The position numbers and the translations under genes are program-made. A stretch of 64,000 bases of DNA, from the IMG/VR virus record IMGVR_UViG_3300025892_000009; one strand, written 5' to 3'. This document shows, one piece after another, positions 27,792 through 37,028 of this stretch. Each line of letters begins with the position of its first letter. Position 1 is the first letter of the stretch. This DNA is from a virus. The notes beneath the pieces were generated by a model. The model ran no database searches and was not told where the DNA came from. It saw only the letters and a program-made list of their open reading frames with translations.

Positions 27792-28224
27792 AAACCTTTA
27801 ACTGCTGGTGCTCAGGGATGATCTTCCGTAATTCTACCACAAGTAATCCATTATTAAAACTGACTGTGCCAATTTCTACATCATCTGAAAGGTTAAACCC
27901 TCTAGCAAAAGTGCGAGTGGAGATACCTCTGTGTACATATTCCTCCTCACCTTTATTCTTTGGTGCAATCGATCTGATTAAAAGAACATTACTCTCTGTA
28001 GTAACTTCAATTTGATCCTGTGCCCACCCTGCCAGTGCTAATTCAATTCTCCATTTAACATTAGATTCTTGAACAATATTATATGGAGGGTATGCTTCAT
28101 TAACACTTCCCATCCCGTAGGAATGTAGTCTGTAAAACAGATCATCAAATCCTACTGAGTATTTTTCTGCAGCATCTACCACTGCATTAAGATCTTTCGT
28201 CGTGAACTTTCTAAGTCCCGTCAT
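27730..28224 (-). CDS. hsp20: Small heat-shock protein (Hsp20)
   Basis: YPPYNI...IELALAG...YVHRGIS.RTF.R.F.L...NGLL alpha-crystallin pattern. Confidence 0.95.
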   Translation of the reverse strand: MTGLRKFTTKDLNAVVDAAEKYSVGFDDLFYRLHSYGMGSVNEAYPPYNIVQESNVKWRIELALAGWAQDQIEVTTESNVLLIRSIAPKNKGEEEYVHRGISTRTFARGFNLSDDVEIGTVSFNNGLLVVELRKIIPEHQQLKVYEIQNSQLPESDDVPSSDTL

Positions 28225-28232
28225 TTATTATG

Positions 28233-28289
28233 CTCCTAATTAAAGCGAGTTTGTTTGTGTGGTCCCCGAAGGCAACCGAAAATATTTAG
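28233..28289 (-). promoter_or_regulatory. hsp20 leader: late-type promoter, UUCG hairpin and SD-sequestering hairpin
   Basis: CTAAATA (28289-28283); GGTTGCC-TTCG-GGGACC; CTCGCT-TTAATT-AGGAG. Confidence 0.65.
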
Positions 28290-28372
28290 CAAGTTTGTAT
28301 CACATTGGACGTTCGGTTATCCCCAAATGAGGACCATGCCTAAATAGGAACAGACACCCTCACAAGACAAGA

Positions 28373-28867
28373 ATGAAAAAATTCATCCCTGTCGTTATGC
28401 TACTGATGACCGCCTCTGCTGCTCAAGCAGGTGGACTTGTATCAAAACAATCTTCTAGTGTTCAACTGACTGTTGATGCTGCTAGATCAACTGCCGTAAG
28501 AGTGGGCAATTCTTATAGTATTTCAGGCAGTGGTATCAATACTACGGATGGCAGCACATCAGGAGCTATCTCTGCTGGCACTATTACTAGTGGCATCTAT
28601 TCTCCTGGAACTATCTCAGCAACACAGGCAACAGACGGAAATGCTTTTACATATAGCACCTCCTTTACTCAAGGTGATGCGATCCCAACTGCTGCTGCCA
28701 CTACAGGTGATATTCCTAACTTCAGTAATGTAACTTCTTACACTGCTGGTGTTGCTGGATCATTAGCAGGAACTGTAGCAACTTCGGGTGCTCTTACTGT
28801 GACGGCTGGTGGTGCTGGCACTACAGCAACAGGACAATTTGTAAGTGAGATCACTGTAATTGACTGA
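28373..28867 (+). CDS. Exported S/T/G/A-rich protein
   Basis: Signal peptide MKKFIPVVMLLMTASAAQA; CTAAATA at 28340-28346 upstream. Confidence 0.8.
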   Translation: MKKFIPVVMLLMTASAAQAGGLVSKQSSSVQLTVDAARSTAVRVGNSYSISGSGINTTDGSTSGAISAGTITSGIYSPGTISATQATDGNAFTYSTSFTQGDAIPTAAATTGDIPNFSNVTSYTAGVAGSLAGTVATSGALTVTAGGAGTTATGQFVSEITVID

Positions 28868-28878
28868 GGATAATAACG

Positions 28879-29313
28879 ATGAATATCATTCGTTGGTCTG
28901 TCCTAAGTGTGGTGGGTGCAAGTGTCACACTTGCTCCTGCCCTGGCGGTCCCTGTGGTCCCAAATTTCACCCAGGGATCAATGACCTCCAGAACAGAGAC
29001 GACACAAAAGATAACTGAGACAATAAATAGCATGGACTATAACACTGGATACCAGTATTCTGCTACTGGCACTGGTGTAACAGCATCTGGCAACCTCTCA
29101 CCAGGAACAGGTGCTACTAATGTAACTATTAATGGAGTGACTTCATCATGGACTGGAGTAACAAGCAAACCTCAATTCACACAAACAGTGCCAGGAGCAG
29201 CGTTTCAGTTCACAGAAACTTATCGAGGACCTGGTTTAAGCAACCAAACGATTATCCAAAGAGTGACCGAGGTGGAAAGCGCCACAGACACCACAAGTAT
29301 CTTCTCCCAATAA
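28879..29313 (+). CDS. Exported T-rich protein
   Basis: Signal peptide ending ALA; GAGGA RBS. Confidence 0.8.
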   Translation: MNIIRWSVLSVVGASVTLAPALAVPVVPNFTQGSMTSRTETTQKITETINSMDYNTGYQYSATGTGVTASGNLSPGTGATNVTINGVTSSWTGVTSKPQFTQTVPGAAFQFTETYRGPGLSNQTIIQRVTEVESATDTTSIFSQ

Positions 29314-30074
29314 CTCTATGTCTAACATCAATTGCGACTGCCCCTGCCACTCTGGCGGAGACTGTAGGGGGTGTAAGTGCAACAGCAAATCCAGTAGCTA
29401 ATAGCTCAGGCTCAGTTACGAACCAAGCCATTCAGGTTTTACAAGGACCATACATCACCAACACATATGGTGGAGGGATCCAATGTCAAGGTCCCACTCG
29501 CAATTTCACACCCTATGTAACAGGTAGTGTCTCTGCTTCTAAACCATATGAACCTTACTATATGGATCCTGTTTACGATGTCACCGATAACTTTGGTGCC
29601 TTTGATGGTGATGGAGAGCCCGTAGGCGATGGCATCTTAGATAATCCTGGTGATGTAAGTTTCTTTAAACGAACTAGGACAGGACAGAAGGATAACTATA
29701 GTTTAGGTGTAGGTTTCTCTATGACGTGGAGCACACCTACAGATAAAAACTTACAAGATCTATGTAAGAGAGCAGCAACAACACAGATTGAATTGAACAG
29801 TCAAATTGTTGCCAATAAAAGATTGGACTTTGAAATTGCTCGTCTTAAAAATTGTGGTGAGTTAAAATTAAAAGGAATTCAATTCCACCCCAAGAGTCCT
29901 TACTATAAAGTGTGTGCTGATGTTGTGGTAAACAATCCACCAGGACATAAGCATCCACACTACCATGAGATTCCTAGCGTTTCTTCTTCCGTCTCGGAAA
30001 CACAGAACGCAATGCCTTCACTGCATGATTCATCTGACGCTGCTCTGCTCGGCGCTCCCCTGACGACAAGATAG
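29148..30074 (+). CDS. Exported protein; start codon uncertain
   Basis: Long ORF; signal-like KYLLPITLCLTSIATAPATLA begins about 50 codons after the only ATG. Confidence 0.7.
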   Translation: MDWSNKQTSIHTNSARSSVSVHRNLSRTWFKQPNDYPKSDRGGKRHRHHKYLLPITLCLTSIATAPATLAETVGGVSATANPVANSSGSVTNQAIQVLQGPYITNTYGGGIQCQGPTRNFTPYVTGSVSASKPYEPYYMDPVYDVTDNFGAFDGDGEPVGDGILDNPGDVSFFKRTRTGQKDNYSLGVGFSMTWSTPTDKNLQDLCKRAATTQIELNSQIVANKRLDFEIARLKNCGELKLKGIQFHPKSPYYKVCADVVVNNPPGHKHPHYHEIPSVSSSVSETQNAMPSLHDSSDAALLGAPLTTR

Positions 30075-30786
30075 GAGGTTTCTTACCACGTAAGGTAGCA
30101 ATCTTTTTCATAACTTTCTTAACCGCTGGTTTGACTGCTTTCAATAGTAGATCTGCCAGCGGTTTTGCTAGTAGTGCTGATGATGTAGCGATGACAGCAA
30201 TACCACCCACTTGTACTATCTGACCACCACTAGGTAGACCAGCAAGTATTTGTGTCGGAAGTCCTACTGATTCTGTTATCTGAACACATGTCTTATCAAT
30301 GAGTTCGTAATCAATAACTCTCTTTCTAAAACCTTCTACTAATGTTCCTACAGGTTCTTGTGCTTCTTGCACTGGTGTAGGACATTCTACGACAGCACTA
30401 ACAACAGGTTGTTTTGTTTGTGGTGGTTTAACTTCAGGTGGTGTTGGTGTATCTGGTGATCTAGTATCCACTTTTGGTGGACCAGTCATAATCATCTGGT
30501 TTGGTTCAAAAGAAAGAGGATTAAAATTGGGAACACCAGAATCGCAGTACGTAACCAAACCATTAGAATCATCCTCTCTCAATTGATTATTTTTAGCACT
30601 ATTAGTTTCAGTTGCCTCAACACATCCTGGTATATTAACCACAGGCACACCAATGTTTACAACTACTGGAGCTGCTAATGGTAAAGAGGTTGAAGTGTTA
30701 TTAAAGTCATAGGTGGGTATAGTATTGATTTGAATATCATTAATACTAATATCACCACCTGTAATCAAAGGTATGTCCATCAGCAA
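29974..30786 (-). CDS. Pro-rich membrane protein
   Basis: 270 aa, Pro-rich linker, TM GGIAVIATSSALLA, basic C-terminus. Confidence 0.75.
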   Translation of the reverse strand: MLMDIPLITGGDISINDIQINTIPTYDFNNTSTSLPLAAPVVVNIGVPVVNIPGCVEATETNSAKNNQLREDDSNGLVTYCDSGVPNFNPLSFEPNQMIMTGPPKVDTRSPDTPTPPEVKPPQTKQPVVSAVVECPTPVQEAQEPVGTLVEGFRKRVIDYELIDKTCVQITESVGLPTQILAGLPSGGQIVQVGGIAVIATSSALLAKPLADLLLKAVKPAVKKVMKKIATLRGKKPPILSSGERRAEQRQMNHAVKALRSVFPRRKKKR

Positions 30787-31352
30787 TCATTAAATACACT
30801 TCCGACTGTAGATCCAAGACTGGACCCTGCTTTTTGTCCTAGCAACAATGCCCATCCACCTGCCAACCAACCCACGTAGGGGATGCCAACAACAGCAGGG
30901 ACAGCAACTCCAGCAGCAATAGCACTACCTGCCATCGCACCTTGTGACCGTGCTCCAGCGTCCGCCACGAGACACTCTGCTTCTTTTGCAGTTAACTTTC
31001 CCTCATCATCTGTTGCACCTCCCAGATTTCTGGTGCCTTCACGGGTGAATTGATCACGACGCCATTCGTTTCTGATTTCAGATCCACCACCAAAGAATCC
31101 ACGCTTCTCTTTATCAACATCTAGAGTCCTTTCGGACTCCAAAATCTTAGGATCGTCAGCACGGAATTCAATTTCATAACCATCCTTACCTGCCTTAATC
31201 CTATAAGAAGAATAAGGACCACGAGGAAGATTGAATGTAGGAGGTTGAATCACAGGTTCAGGTTCCTGCCTGAAAACATATCCAAGCAAACCTATATGTG
31301 CTACAACAATTACCCCACCAACTGAAGCGGCGGCGATCTTAAGTTTATTCAT
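30780..31352 (-). CDS. Membrane protein with glycine-zipper-like C-terminus
   Basis: N-terminal TM; GAMAGSAIAAG...GSSLGSTVG. Confidence 0.75.
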   Translation of the reverse strand: MNKLKIAAASVGGVIVVAHIGLLGYVFRQEPEPVIQPPTFNLPRGPYSSYRIKAGKDGYEIEFRADDPKILESERTLDVDKEKRGFFGGGSEIRNEWRRDQFTREGTRNLGGATDDEGKLTAKEAECLVADAGARSQGAMAGSAIAAGVAVPAVVGIPYVGWLAGGWALLLGQKAGSSLGSTVGSVFNDC

Positions 31353-31354
31353 GG

Positions 31355-31594
31355 TTAGAATGGCATGACAGGACTAGATACGGCAGGACCAGTTACCTCA
31401 GGGACTCCTGGAATAGCAGCATCTACCATTCCTGGTAGTGCTTCTGTAATTGCTTCTGTGATAGCAGCAGTTACTCTCTCCCTTGATTGCTCAATTAATG
31501 TATCCTTTTGAACGTAAAGATAAGCACCACCCCCTAAGACAGCTAAAGAAACTAGACCAGACAATAACGCGACACCATTAATCAATTTTTGCAT
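31355..31594 (-). CDS. Small membrane protein
   Basis: N-terminal TM ALLSGLVSLAVLGGGAYLYV. Confidence 0.75.
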   Translation of the reverse strand: MQKLINGVALLSGLVSLAVLGGGAYLYVQKDTLIEQSRERVTAAITEAITEALPGMVDAAIPGVPEVTGPAVSSPVMPF

Positions 31595-31874
31595 CTTTCT
31601 TCTCCAGTGTAGGTGCTTGCTTTGATTCGTCCTTCTTCTTAGAAGGCATGACCCCGAACGTAGCTAGCGTTCCTGTGAAGACGCTGGCAATAAAAGTTGG
31701 ATCGATATTTTTCTGAGGAATACCAGGAACAGTTACATAGTTAAGAGTCAGAATTGCTGCTGACCAACCAAGAATAACAACTCGGACGAGAGTCGATACA
31801 CCCTCATCCGCCCACTCAAATTTATTTTCCTTTTTTGATTCCTGCTTCTCTTGAGACTCAGGAGTTTGTGCCAT
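31578..31874 (-). CDS. Two-TM membrane protein
   Basis: VRVVILGWSAAILTLNYV and FIASVFTGTLATFGV. Confidence 0.75.
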   Translation of the reverse strand: MAQTPESQEKQESKKENKFEWADEGVSTLVRVVILGWSAAILTLNYVTVPGIPQKNIDPTFIASVFTGTLATFGVMPSKKKDESKQAPTLEKKDAKID

Positions 31875-31875
31875 T

Positions 31876-32298
31876 TCAGACCTCTACAGATTGTTTCTTC
31901 TTCCCAATATTATACTTAGACTCAAGTGTCCATTCACTTTTGTCTTTAAAAGACAAAACTTTAATTTGGTTAAGAGGTGCTAGGTCTTCGGCTTGCTCTT
32001 CAACAACAATGTCCACTAGACCCCAATCGGAAAGTAGTTTTGCAATACGATTACGACGTTGTAAATCATTCTGCACAATATTAGTTGGCTTGCCATCTAA
32101 AGCAAACAACTCTTTAAAGTGGACAATGTAATACTTACCGCGTTTATGCAAAATATGGCAAGACTGATACAATTTACGCTCTTTGCGTGAAGCAACGCCA
32201 ATTCTAGTTAGAGTTTCTCTGACTTTCAAAAAATCATCAGGCTCTTTAAGGCTAACTTCTAGCATCATATCTTGAGACCAGTTGATCTCATCACTCAT
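31876..32298 (-). CDS. regA: Translational repressor RegA
   Basis: DFLKVRETLTRIG...LYQSCHILHKRGKYYIVHFKELF. Confidence 0.96.
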   Translation of the reverse strand: MSDEINWSQDMMLEVSLKEPDDFLKVRETLTRIGVASRKERKLYQSCHILHKRGKYYIVHFKELFALDGKPTNIVQNDLQRRNRIAKLLSDWGLVDIVVEEQAEDLAPLNQIKVLSFKDKSEWTLESKYNIGKKKQSVEV

Positions 32299-32690
32299 CG
32301 CTTTCCTCCAGTATCTAACTTAGTTTTAATAACCTCAATCTGCTCCTTAGTCAAAATTCTCATTGCCTGACGAGCATGTTCTGTAGTGTATCCATAGTAT
32401 TTCTTAACTAAGTCAAGATCACTATCTTTGGACTTCTTATCCCAAGGAGAAAATCTTTTGGATTTCCTGATACTATATAGGTAAAACTGATATTGAAGAT
32501 CATTGTCTAAATGAGACGCTGCATTCATTTGATTAGCATGCATAACAGTATCAAGATGCTGTGCAAGACACTTGTTAATAACGAATGCAGGGTATTTCTT
32601 CATCGCTCTCTCATCTTCGGTAAGATCACCTTGCTTCAGATTAATACTGTTAAGGTAATCCTTGAGAGGAATCTCATAATCTTTACTCAT
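32295..32690 (-). CDS. gp62: Clamp loader small subunit (gp62)
   Basis: YPAFVINKCL...YSIRKSKRFSPW...VKKYYGY; precedes regA. Confidence 0.92.
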   Translation of the reverse strand: MSKDYEIPLKDYLNSINLKQGDLTEDERAMKKYPAFVINKCLAQHLDTVMHANQMNAASHLDNDLQYQFYLYSIRKSKRFSPWDKKSKDSDLDLVKKYYGYTTEHARQAMRILTKEQIEVIKTKLDTGGKR

Positions 32691-33519
32691 TGTACAATGA
32701 CTCTAATGGTGAAATGTCTCTATAGTTAGTAACCAACAACTCAGTCTTGAGTTTATTATCAGGACGATGTTTCATACCATACGTGATACGAAACTCCTCT
32801 TGGTTAAACTTAGAATATGATTTCTTCAATTCTTCATTTACATTATAAGTTACTAACCAGTTGTTAGGTGACTCATGGCACAATTCAATAAACCTGTCAT
32901 GCTTAAACTCTTTATGCATTTCTGCTTTGGCACCATACAAGTAACTACTAATCATATATGGTGGATCCAAGAAACAGAATGTCCCATCACCTTCATGCAT
33001 TAATAGTTCTGAGTAATCATGGTTAGTAATTTCCCAGTGTTGAATAATTTCAGAGACTTCCTTTAATTTTTTAGCACCACGAGTAGAAAAGTTTTGGTTG
33101 GATGCAGATGCAGAGAAAGAAGAGTTTTCCGTTAACCCACTATAACTGCACTTATTAAGAATCCAAAACAACACTGCTGAACGAAACGTGTCTGCTTCGG
33201 AAATCTCTTCTTTAGCAGAGAGAAATAACTCTTTTGCCTTTTCTTCTGTGCTGTTTTCTTCTTTGATTGCAACAAGGATATCAGATAATTCGTCACCATG
33301 ATCTTGTAAGGTGATCCAGAAGTCATATAAATTGTCATACTTATCGTTTACCCATACAGGGATATCGGGATACTTCTGAGAAAACAGAAGTGCTACAGAC
33401 GCGCCACCGAGAAAAGGTTCTCGGAATTCTTTGATATCCCTAGGAAATTTTTCGAGTAACATAGGTGCTACTCTTGATTTTCCACCAGGATATCTCAGAG
33501 GTGTTTTCAAGTATTTCAT
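32683..33519 (-). CDS. DNA N6-adenine methyltransferase (D12/Dam-like class)
   Basis: RYPGGKSR, EPFLGGAS, VND, FLDPPY; start at MKYLK. Confidence 0.9.
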   Translation of the reverse strand: MKYLKTPLRYPGGKSRVAPMLLEKFPRDIKEFREPFLGGASVALLFSQKYPDIPVWVNDKYDNLYDFWITLQDHGDELSDILVAIKEENSTEEKAKELFLSAKEEISEADTFRSAVLFWILNKCSYSGLTENSSFSASASNQNFSTRGAKKLKEVSEIIQHWEITNHDYSELLMHEGDGTFCFLDPPYMISSYLYGAKAEMHKEFKHDRFIELCHESPNNWLVTYNVNEELKKSYSKFNQEEFRITYGMKHRPDNKLKTELLVTNYRDISPLESLYNE

Positions 33520-33529
33520 AGTAAAGATT

Positions 33530-34201
33530 CTACCCATTCATATTACCACGGACCTTGGGATGTTGCAATATCACATTGAGTTGTGCCATATCCCATGGTC
33601 CTACATTGACGGGACCTACGGGAAAAGCATTGAATGATACTGACCAACGATCAAAATTTTCAACTTGCCTTCCAGAATAATGCTTCAACCAAGATGGAAA
33701 AATAATTAACTTACCTGGCTCAGCATCAATCTTTGCATTGATACCCCAATCATTATCTAAACTCTCATGATGAAAAATATCTAGAGTATCATTTGTCCTA
33801 GGTGTGCATGGATCTTCAAAAAATGTAGGAGCACCATCAGTGAAATAATAGATAGCACTTAGATATGCCATTGGGTGCCTATGTAATGGATGCCCATAAC
33901 CACTATTTGCTGGAGCATAATTATACCAGCACAATGACAATGCTAAGTCATCACAATATAGTTTATAAACTTCTCTCCATTCACCTAAACAATCTTCAAA
34001 AAATTCCATGAGTAGTTGTGTCTCTGGATGATCCGTATAATGAAGATCTGGTGCTGATGTAAATACACCTTCAGGAAAGTTACTTTGCTGTGAAGGTAAA
34101 GTCTTAAAGTGCTCAATAATTTTTGAATGATTCTCAGCATCAGGATTATGATATTCTCTAACAACTACTGGAAATAAATTAATCTCTTTACCAAATGTCA
34201 T
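33530..34201 (-). CDS. Putative 2OG-Fe(II) oxygenase (TIGR02466-like)
   Basis: HPLHRHPMAYLSAIYY...LIIFPSWLKH...RWSVSFN. Confidence 0.82.
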   Translation of the reverse strand: MTFGKEINLFPVVVREYHNPDAENHSKIIEHFKTLPSQQSNFPEGVFTSAPDLHYTDHPETQLLMEFFEDCLGEWREVYKLYCDDLALSLCWYNYAPANSGYGHPLHRHPMAYLSAIYYFTDGAPTFFEDPCTPRTNDTLDIFHHESLDNDWGINAKIDAEPGKLIIFPSWLKHYSGRQVENFDRWSVSFNAFPVGPVNVGPWDMAQLNVILQHPKVRGNMNG

Positions 34202-34854
34202 ACAATATCACCAAGATTTAAAGCACCCAAAGTAGTCCAACCATTTACTGAAACTTCAGCCATGGGACGATCATAACCACCTTTGTTAATAATTCCCGAT
34301 GGAAAGGTATTGAAAGCAATAGTATATCTATCAATGTCAGAAGTATTCTCAACACTAGAGTGGACAACGTAACTAGGAAAAATTACAAGACCACCTGCAC
34401 CTGGATGCACAAACGCTCTAGACTCAGATGCAGGTCCACCATCAAGATGCATCTGACCCCACTCACGATCGCGAAGTGGATCTAAGAATACTGTAGGTGG
34501 TCCTTCAGTGAGGTAGAAAATTGCACTGAGATATGACATAGGATGTCTATGTGGAGAATGACAATCTCCACTCTTAGCATCACTTCGATTGACCCAAGAC
34601 TTATTGACTATCAAACGATCGCAGTGCCAACCATTATCGGCATGTAACTGATCAACACATCGTTGAAACCATTTATGTAGATCATAAAAATTAGGATCCG
34701 AATGAATTTGATCACTGGTGCCTACACCAGAAGGCTCATTATATCTACGGTATTCTAAAAGTTTAGCTTTCTCTAAAGTTTCTTTTGTTAGTTTTTCTGG
34801 TGCTCTAAAAGTAAAAAATCTAACTGGGAAAAGAAAATCATTACTATACTTCAT
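34198..34854 (-). CDS. Putative 2OG-Fe(II) oxygenase (TIGR02466-like), paralogue of neighbour
   Basis: HSPHRHPMSYLSAIFY...LVIFPSYVVH...RYTIAFN. Confidence 0.82.
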   Translation of the reverse strand: MKYSNDFLFPVRFFTFRAPEKLTKETLEKAKLLEYRRYNEPSGVGTSDQIHSDPNFYDLHKWFQRCVDQLHADNGWHCDRLIVNKSWVNRSDAKSGDCHSPHRHPMSYLSAIFYLTEGPPTVFLDPLRDREWGQMHLDGGPASESRAFVHPGAGGLVIFPSYVVHSSVENTSDIDRYTIAFNTFPSGIINKGGYDRPMAEVSVNGWTTLGALNLGDIV

Positions 34855-35798
34855 TTATATTCACACCTCACCATCAACTCTGTTAAAAATGCAACCATGT
34901 TGATCTCTTGATCAACAACAAAACTAGACTTATACTGATACTCACTAATAATTAGGACTGCTTCAGGAATAGTCTCTGGTTTAAAATAGGTGTAGAGATG
35001 ATCATAGATTTTCCTCATAATAACAGTAGGCTCATTATCAAGATTCTGAGTAACCCACTTCTTCATATTGGTAAACTCTTTCTGCTTGAGATATCCCACT
35101 ACTGAGGAAATATTAATGTCATTACTAATACCTAGTATACCAGTATCTATACTTCCAGATGATGCATACCTCTGCAACTCATTAAGAGTGCGACGGAAAT
35201 CAGGGAAGTACTTCTGGACTACTTCAGCAACTACCTTCTTATCATATTCAACATTTTCTTTAGAGAGGATATCAGTAACTCTACCAAAGAATGCAGCTGC
35301 TTGATGCTGCTTCTCCTTACCCTGCTGAGAAAACTCAACTACTGAGCATCGAGAATGTAGAGGGGAGATGATCTTATTCTTATAGTTGCAAGTAAAGATG
35401 AATCTACAATTCCCAGAAAACTCCTCCATGCAAGCACGTAGGAGCAGTTGCACATCAGGTGTAGTGTTGTCTGCCTCATCAATGATGATGACCTTGTGAC
35501 GTGCCTTAGAGGTCAGAGAGACCGTCGATGCATAAACCTTGGCACGATTGCGTACCGTATCCAGAAAACGACCTTCATCAGATCCGTTAATAACCATACA
35601 ATCGGTCCCCAACTCGCTGCAAAGGGCTTTTGCAATCGTCGTCTTTCCAACACCAGCAGGGCCAGCGAGCAAGAGATTGGGAATTTCACCTTTCTGTAGA
35701 AATCCCTCAAAGATTTTCTTAGTGGAATCTGGAAGGATGCAGTCATCGATAGTTTTCGGACGATACTTTTCAACCCAAAGGAAGAGTTTATCAGACAT
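34851..35798 (-). CDS. gp44: Clamp loader large subunit (gp44)
   Basis: WVEKYRP, GPAGVGKT, IIDEAD, SRC. Confidence 0.96.
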   Translation of the reverse strand: MSDKLFLWVEKYRPKTIDDCILPDSTKKIFEGFLQKGEIPNLLLAGPAGVGKTTIAKALCSELGTDCMVINGSDEGRFLDTVRNRAKVYASTVSLTSKARHKVIIIDEADNTTPDVQLLLRACMEEFSGNCRFIFTCNYKNKIISPLHSRCSVVEFSQQGKEKQHQAAAFFGRVTDILSKENVEYDKKVVAEVVQKYFPDFRRTLNELQRYASSGSIDTGILGISNDINISSVVGYLKQKEFTNMKKWVTQNLDNEPTVIMRKIYDHLYTYFKPETIPEAVLIISEYQYKSSFVVDQEINMVAFLTELMVRCEYK

Positions 35799-36321
35799 AG
35801 TTTGAATTAAGAATCACGCGGGTTTGATGGTTGACAGGAGAGTGTCCTGTATGAATTATATCCCCATCAAAGATAATAACACGGTTTGGTTTGGGCTCGA
35901 TCACTTGAGAGACAGTTAGAGTATCGGGATACTTACCATCCCATCTCTCATTATACATGACAGTTTCCCCATCACTCTCATTGACATAAAAGACAGAAGA
36001 GTAATGAGGAAACTGAAAATCAACATGAGGTGGATGTTTGATCTTGTCAGGGTGGACTACAGTCATGTCTGCTCTACACCTGAGCAACTCTTTAGCACCA
36101 CAGATATCTTTTACCTGATACATGAAAGGTAAGATCAAAGCACAATGAGGACTTCTAACCTCTTCCATGTAGAAGTTATGACTGAAGTTTACCCGTGGTG
36201 GTCCTGGAAGACCAGGAGCAAGATTGGGTTGACAATACCAGTCAAAGTCCCAACTGATGAGGAGACGATGAATCTCCTCAAAGTAAGAAGGGGTCAGAAA
36301 GTCGTCAATAACTTTGATCAA
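35791..36321 (-). CDS. 2OG-Fe(II) oxygenase-like protein
   Basis: PHVD...FYVNESDGET...FDGDIIHTG...RVILN. Confidence 0.8.
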   Translation of the reverse strand: MIKVIDDFLTPSYFEEIHRLLISWDFDWYCQPNLAPGLPGPPRVNFSHNFYMEEVRSPHCALILPFMYQVKDICGAKELLRCRADMTVVHPDKIKHPPHVDFQFPHYSSVFYVNESDGETVMYNERWDGKYPDTLTVSQVIEPKPNRVIIFDGDIIHTGHSPVNHQTRVILNSNYV

Positions 36322-37025
36322 TTAGTCTCAAGTGCAATAAAGTAATCCAGATTTGAATGCGTCAAGGAGTTGAAGTTAGCAATATTCTTATTGCTAATAC
36401 AGACATGATAACTACCATCCAAAAGTCTGAGGTTTTCAACCTTGAAACAATAGCAGAAGTTTTGAGAATCACCCTGTGCTTCCTTATCAAAGGTAACTTT
36501 CTTCAAGGGGAGAGAGAAGACATTAGATGTCTCATTCTTTTTATCCTTGACACAAACACTATACTCACCCTCATACCCATAGATACAAAGATCCTCTACA
36601 CCATAAACCTTTGCTGCTTGATTAAGTTGGAGCAGATCTTGCTGGGGGAGATCAAAGTGAATCTCTTTGCCAGGAAGATTGTAATCAAAATCAGGAGGAG
36701 TTAGAATGAAATCAGGATCACTGTAATAGAAGGTGGTTTTCCCCTTAGTATCTTCATCAAAGATGATGACTCGCTTACTATCAGGGAAGAAAAGTGTAGG
36801 ACTCTTGAATAGAGAAAGAGCACCTAGGAAAAGAGGAAGATCATAGATCGCCATCTGCTCAGGAATTCCTTCACGAATTTCAGTTGAAGCAATAATATTC
36901 TTATTGACCGAAATTGTCCGTAGCAATTTGCCTGGCTCGATCAAGATAGACTTATTGATTGTGCTGAAATTACGCAGAAAGTCGATGGTCTGCTTGCTGA
37001 GTTTGATCGTCTGTTGGTCTTGCAT
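36318..37025 (-). CDS. gp45: Sliding clamp (gp45)
   Basis: LSKQT..FLRNFSTINKSI...IYDL..FLG...FKVENL; position before gp44. Confidence 0.93.
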   Translation of the reverse strand: MQDQQTIKLSKQTIDFLRNFSTINKSILIEPGKLLRTISVNKNIIASTEIREGIPEQMAIYDLPLFLGALSLFKSPTLFFPDSKRVIIFDEDTKGKTTFYYSDPDFILTPPDFDYNLPGKEIHFDLPQQDLLQLNQAAKVYGVEDLCIYGYEGEYSVCVKDKKNETSNVFSLPLKKVTFDKEAQGDSQNFCYCFKVENLRLLDGSYHVCISNKNIANFNSLTHSNLDYFIALETN

Positions 37026-37028
37026 AAT

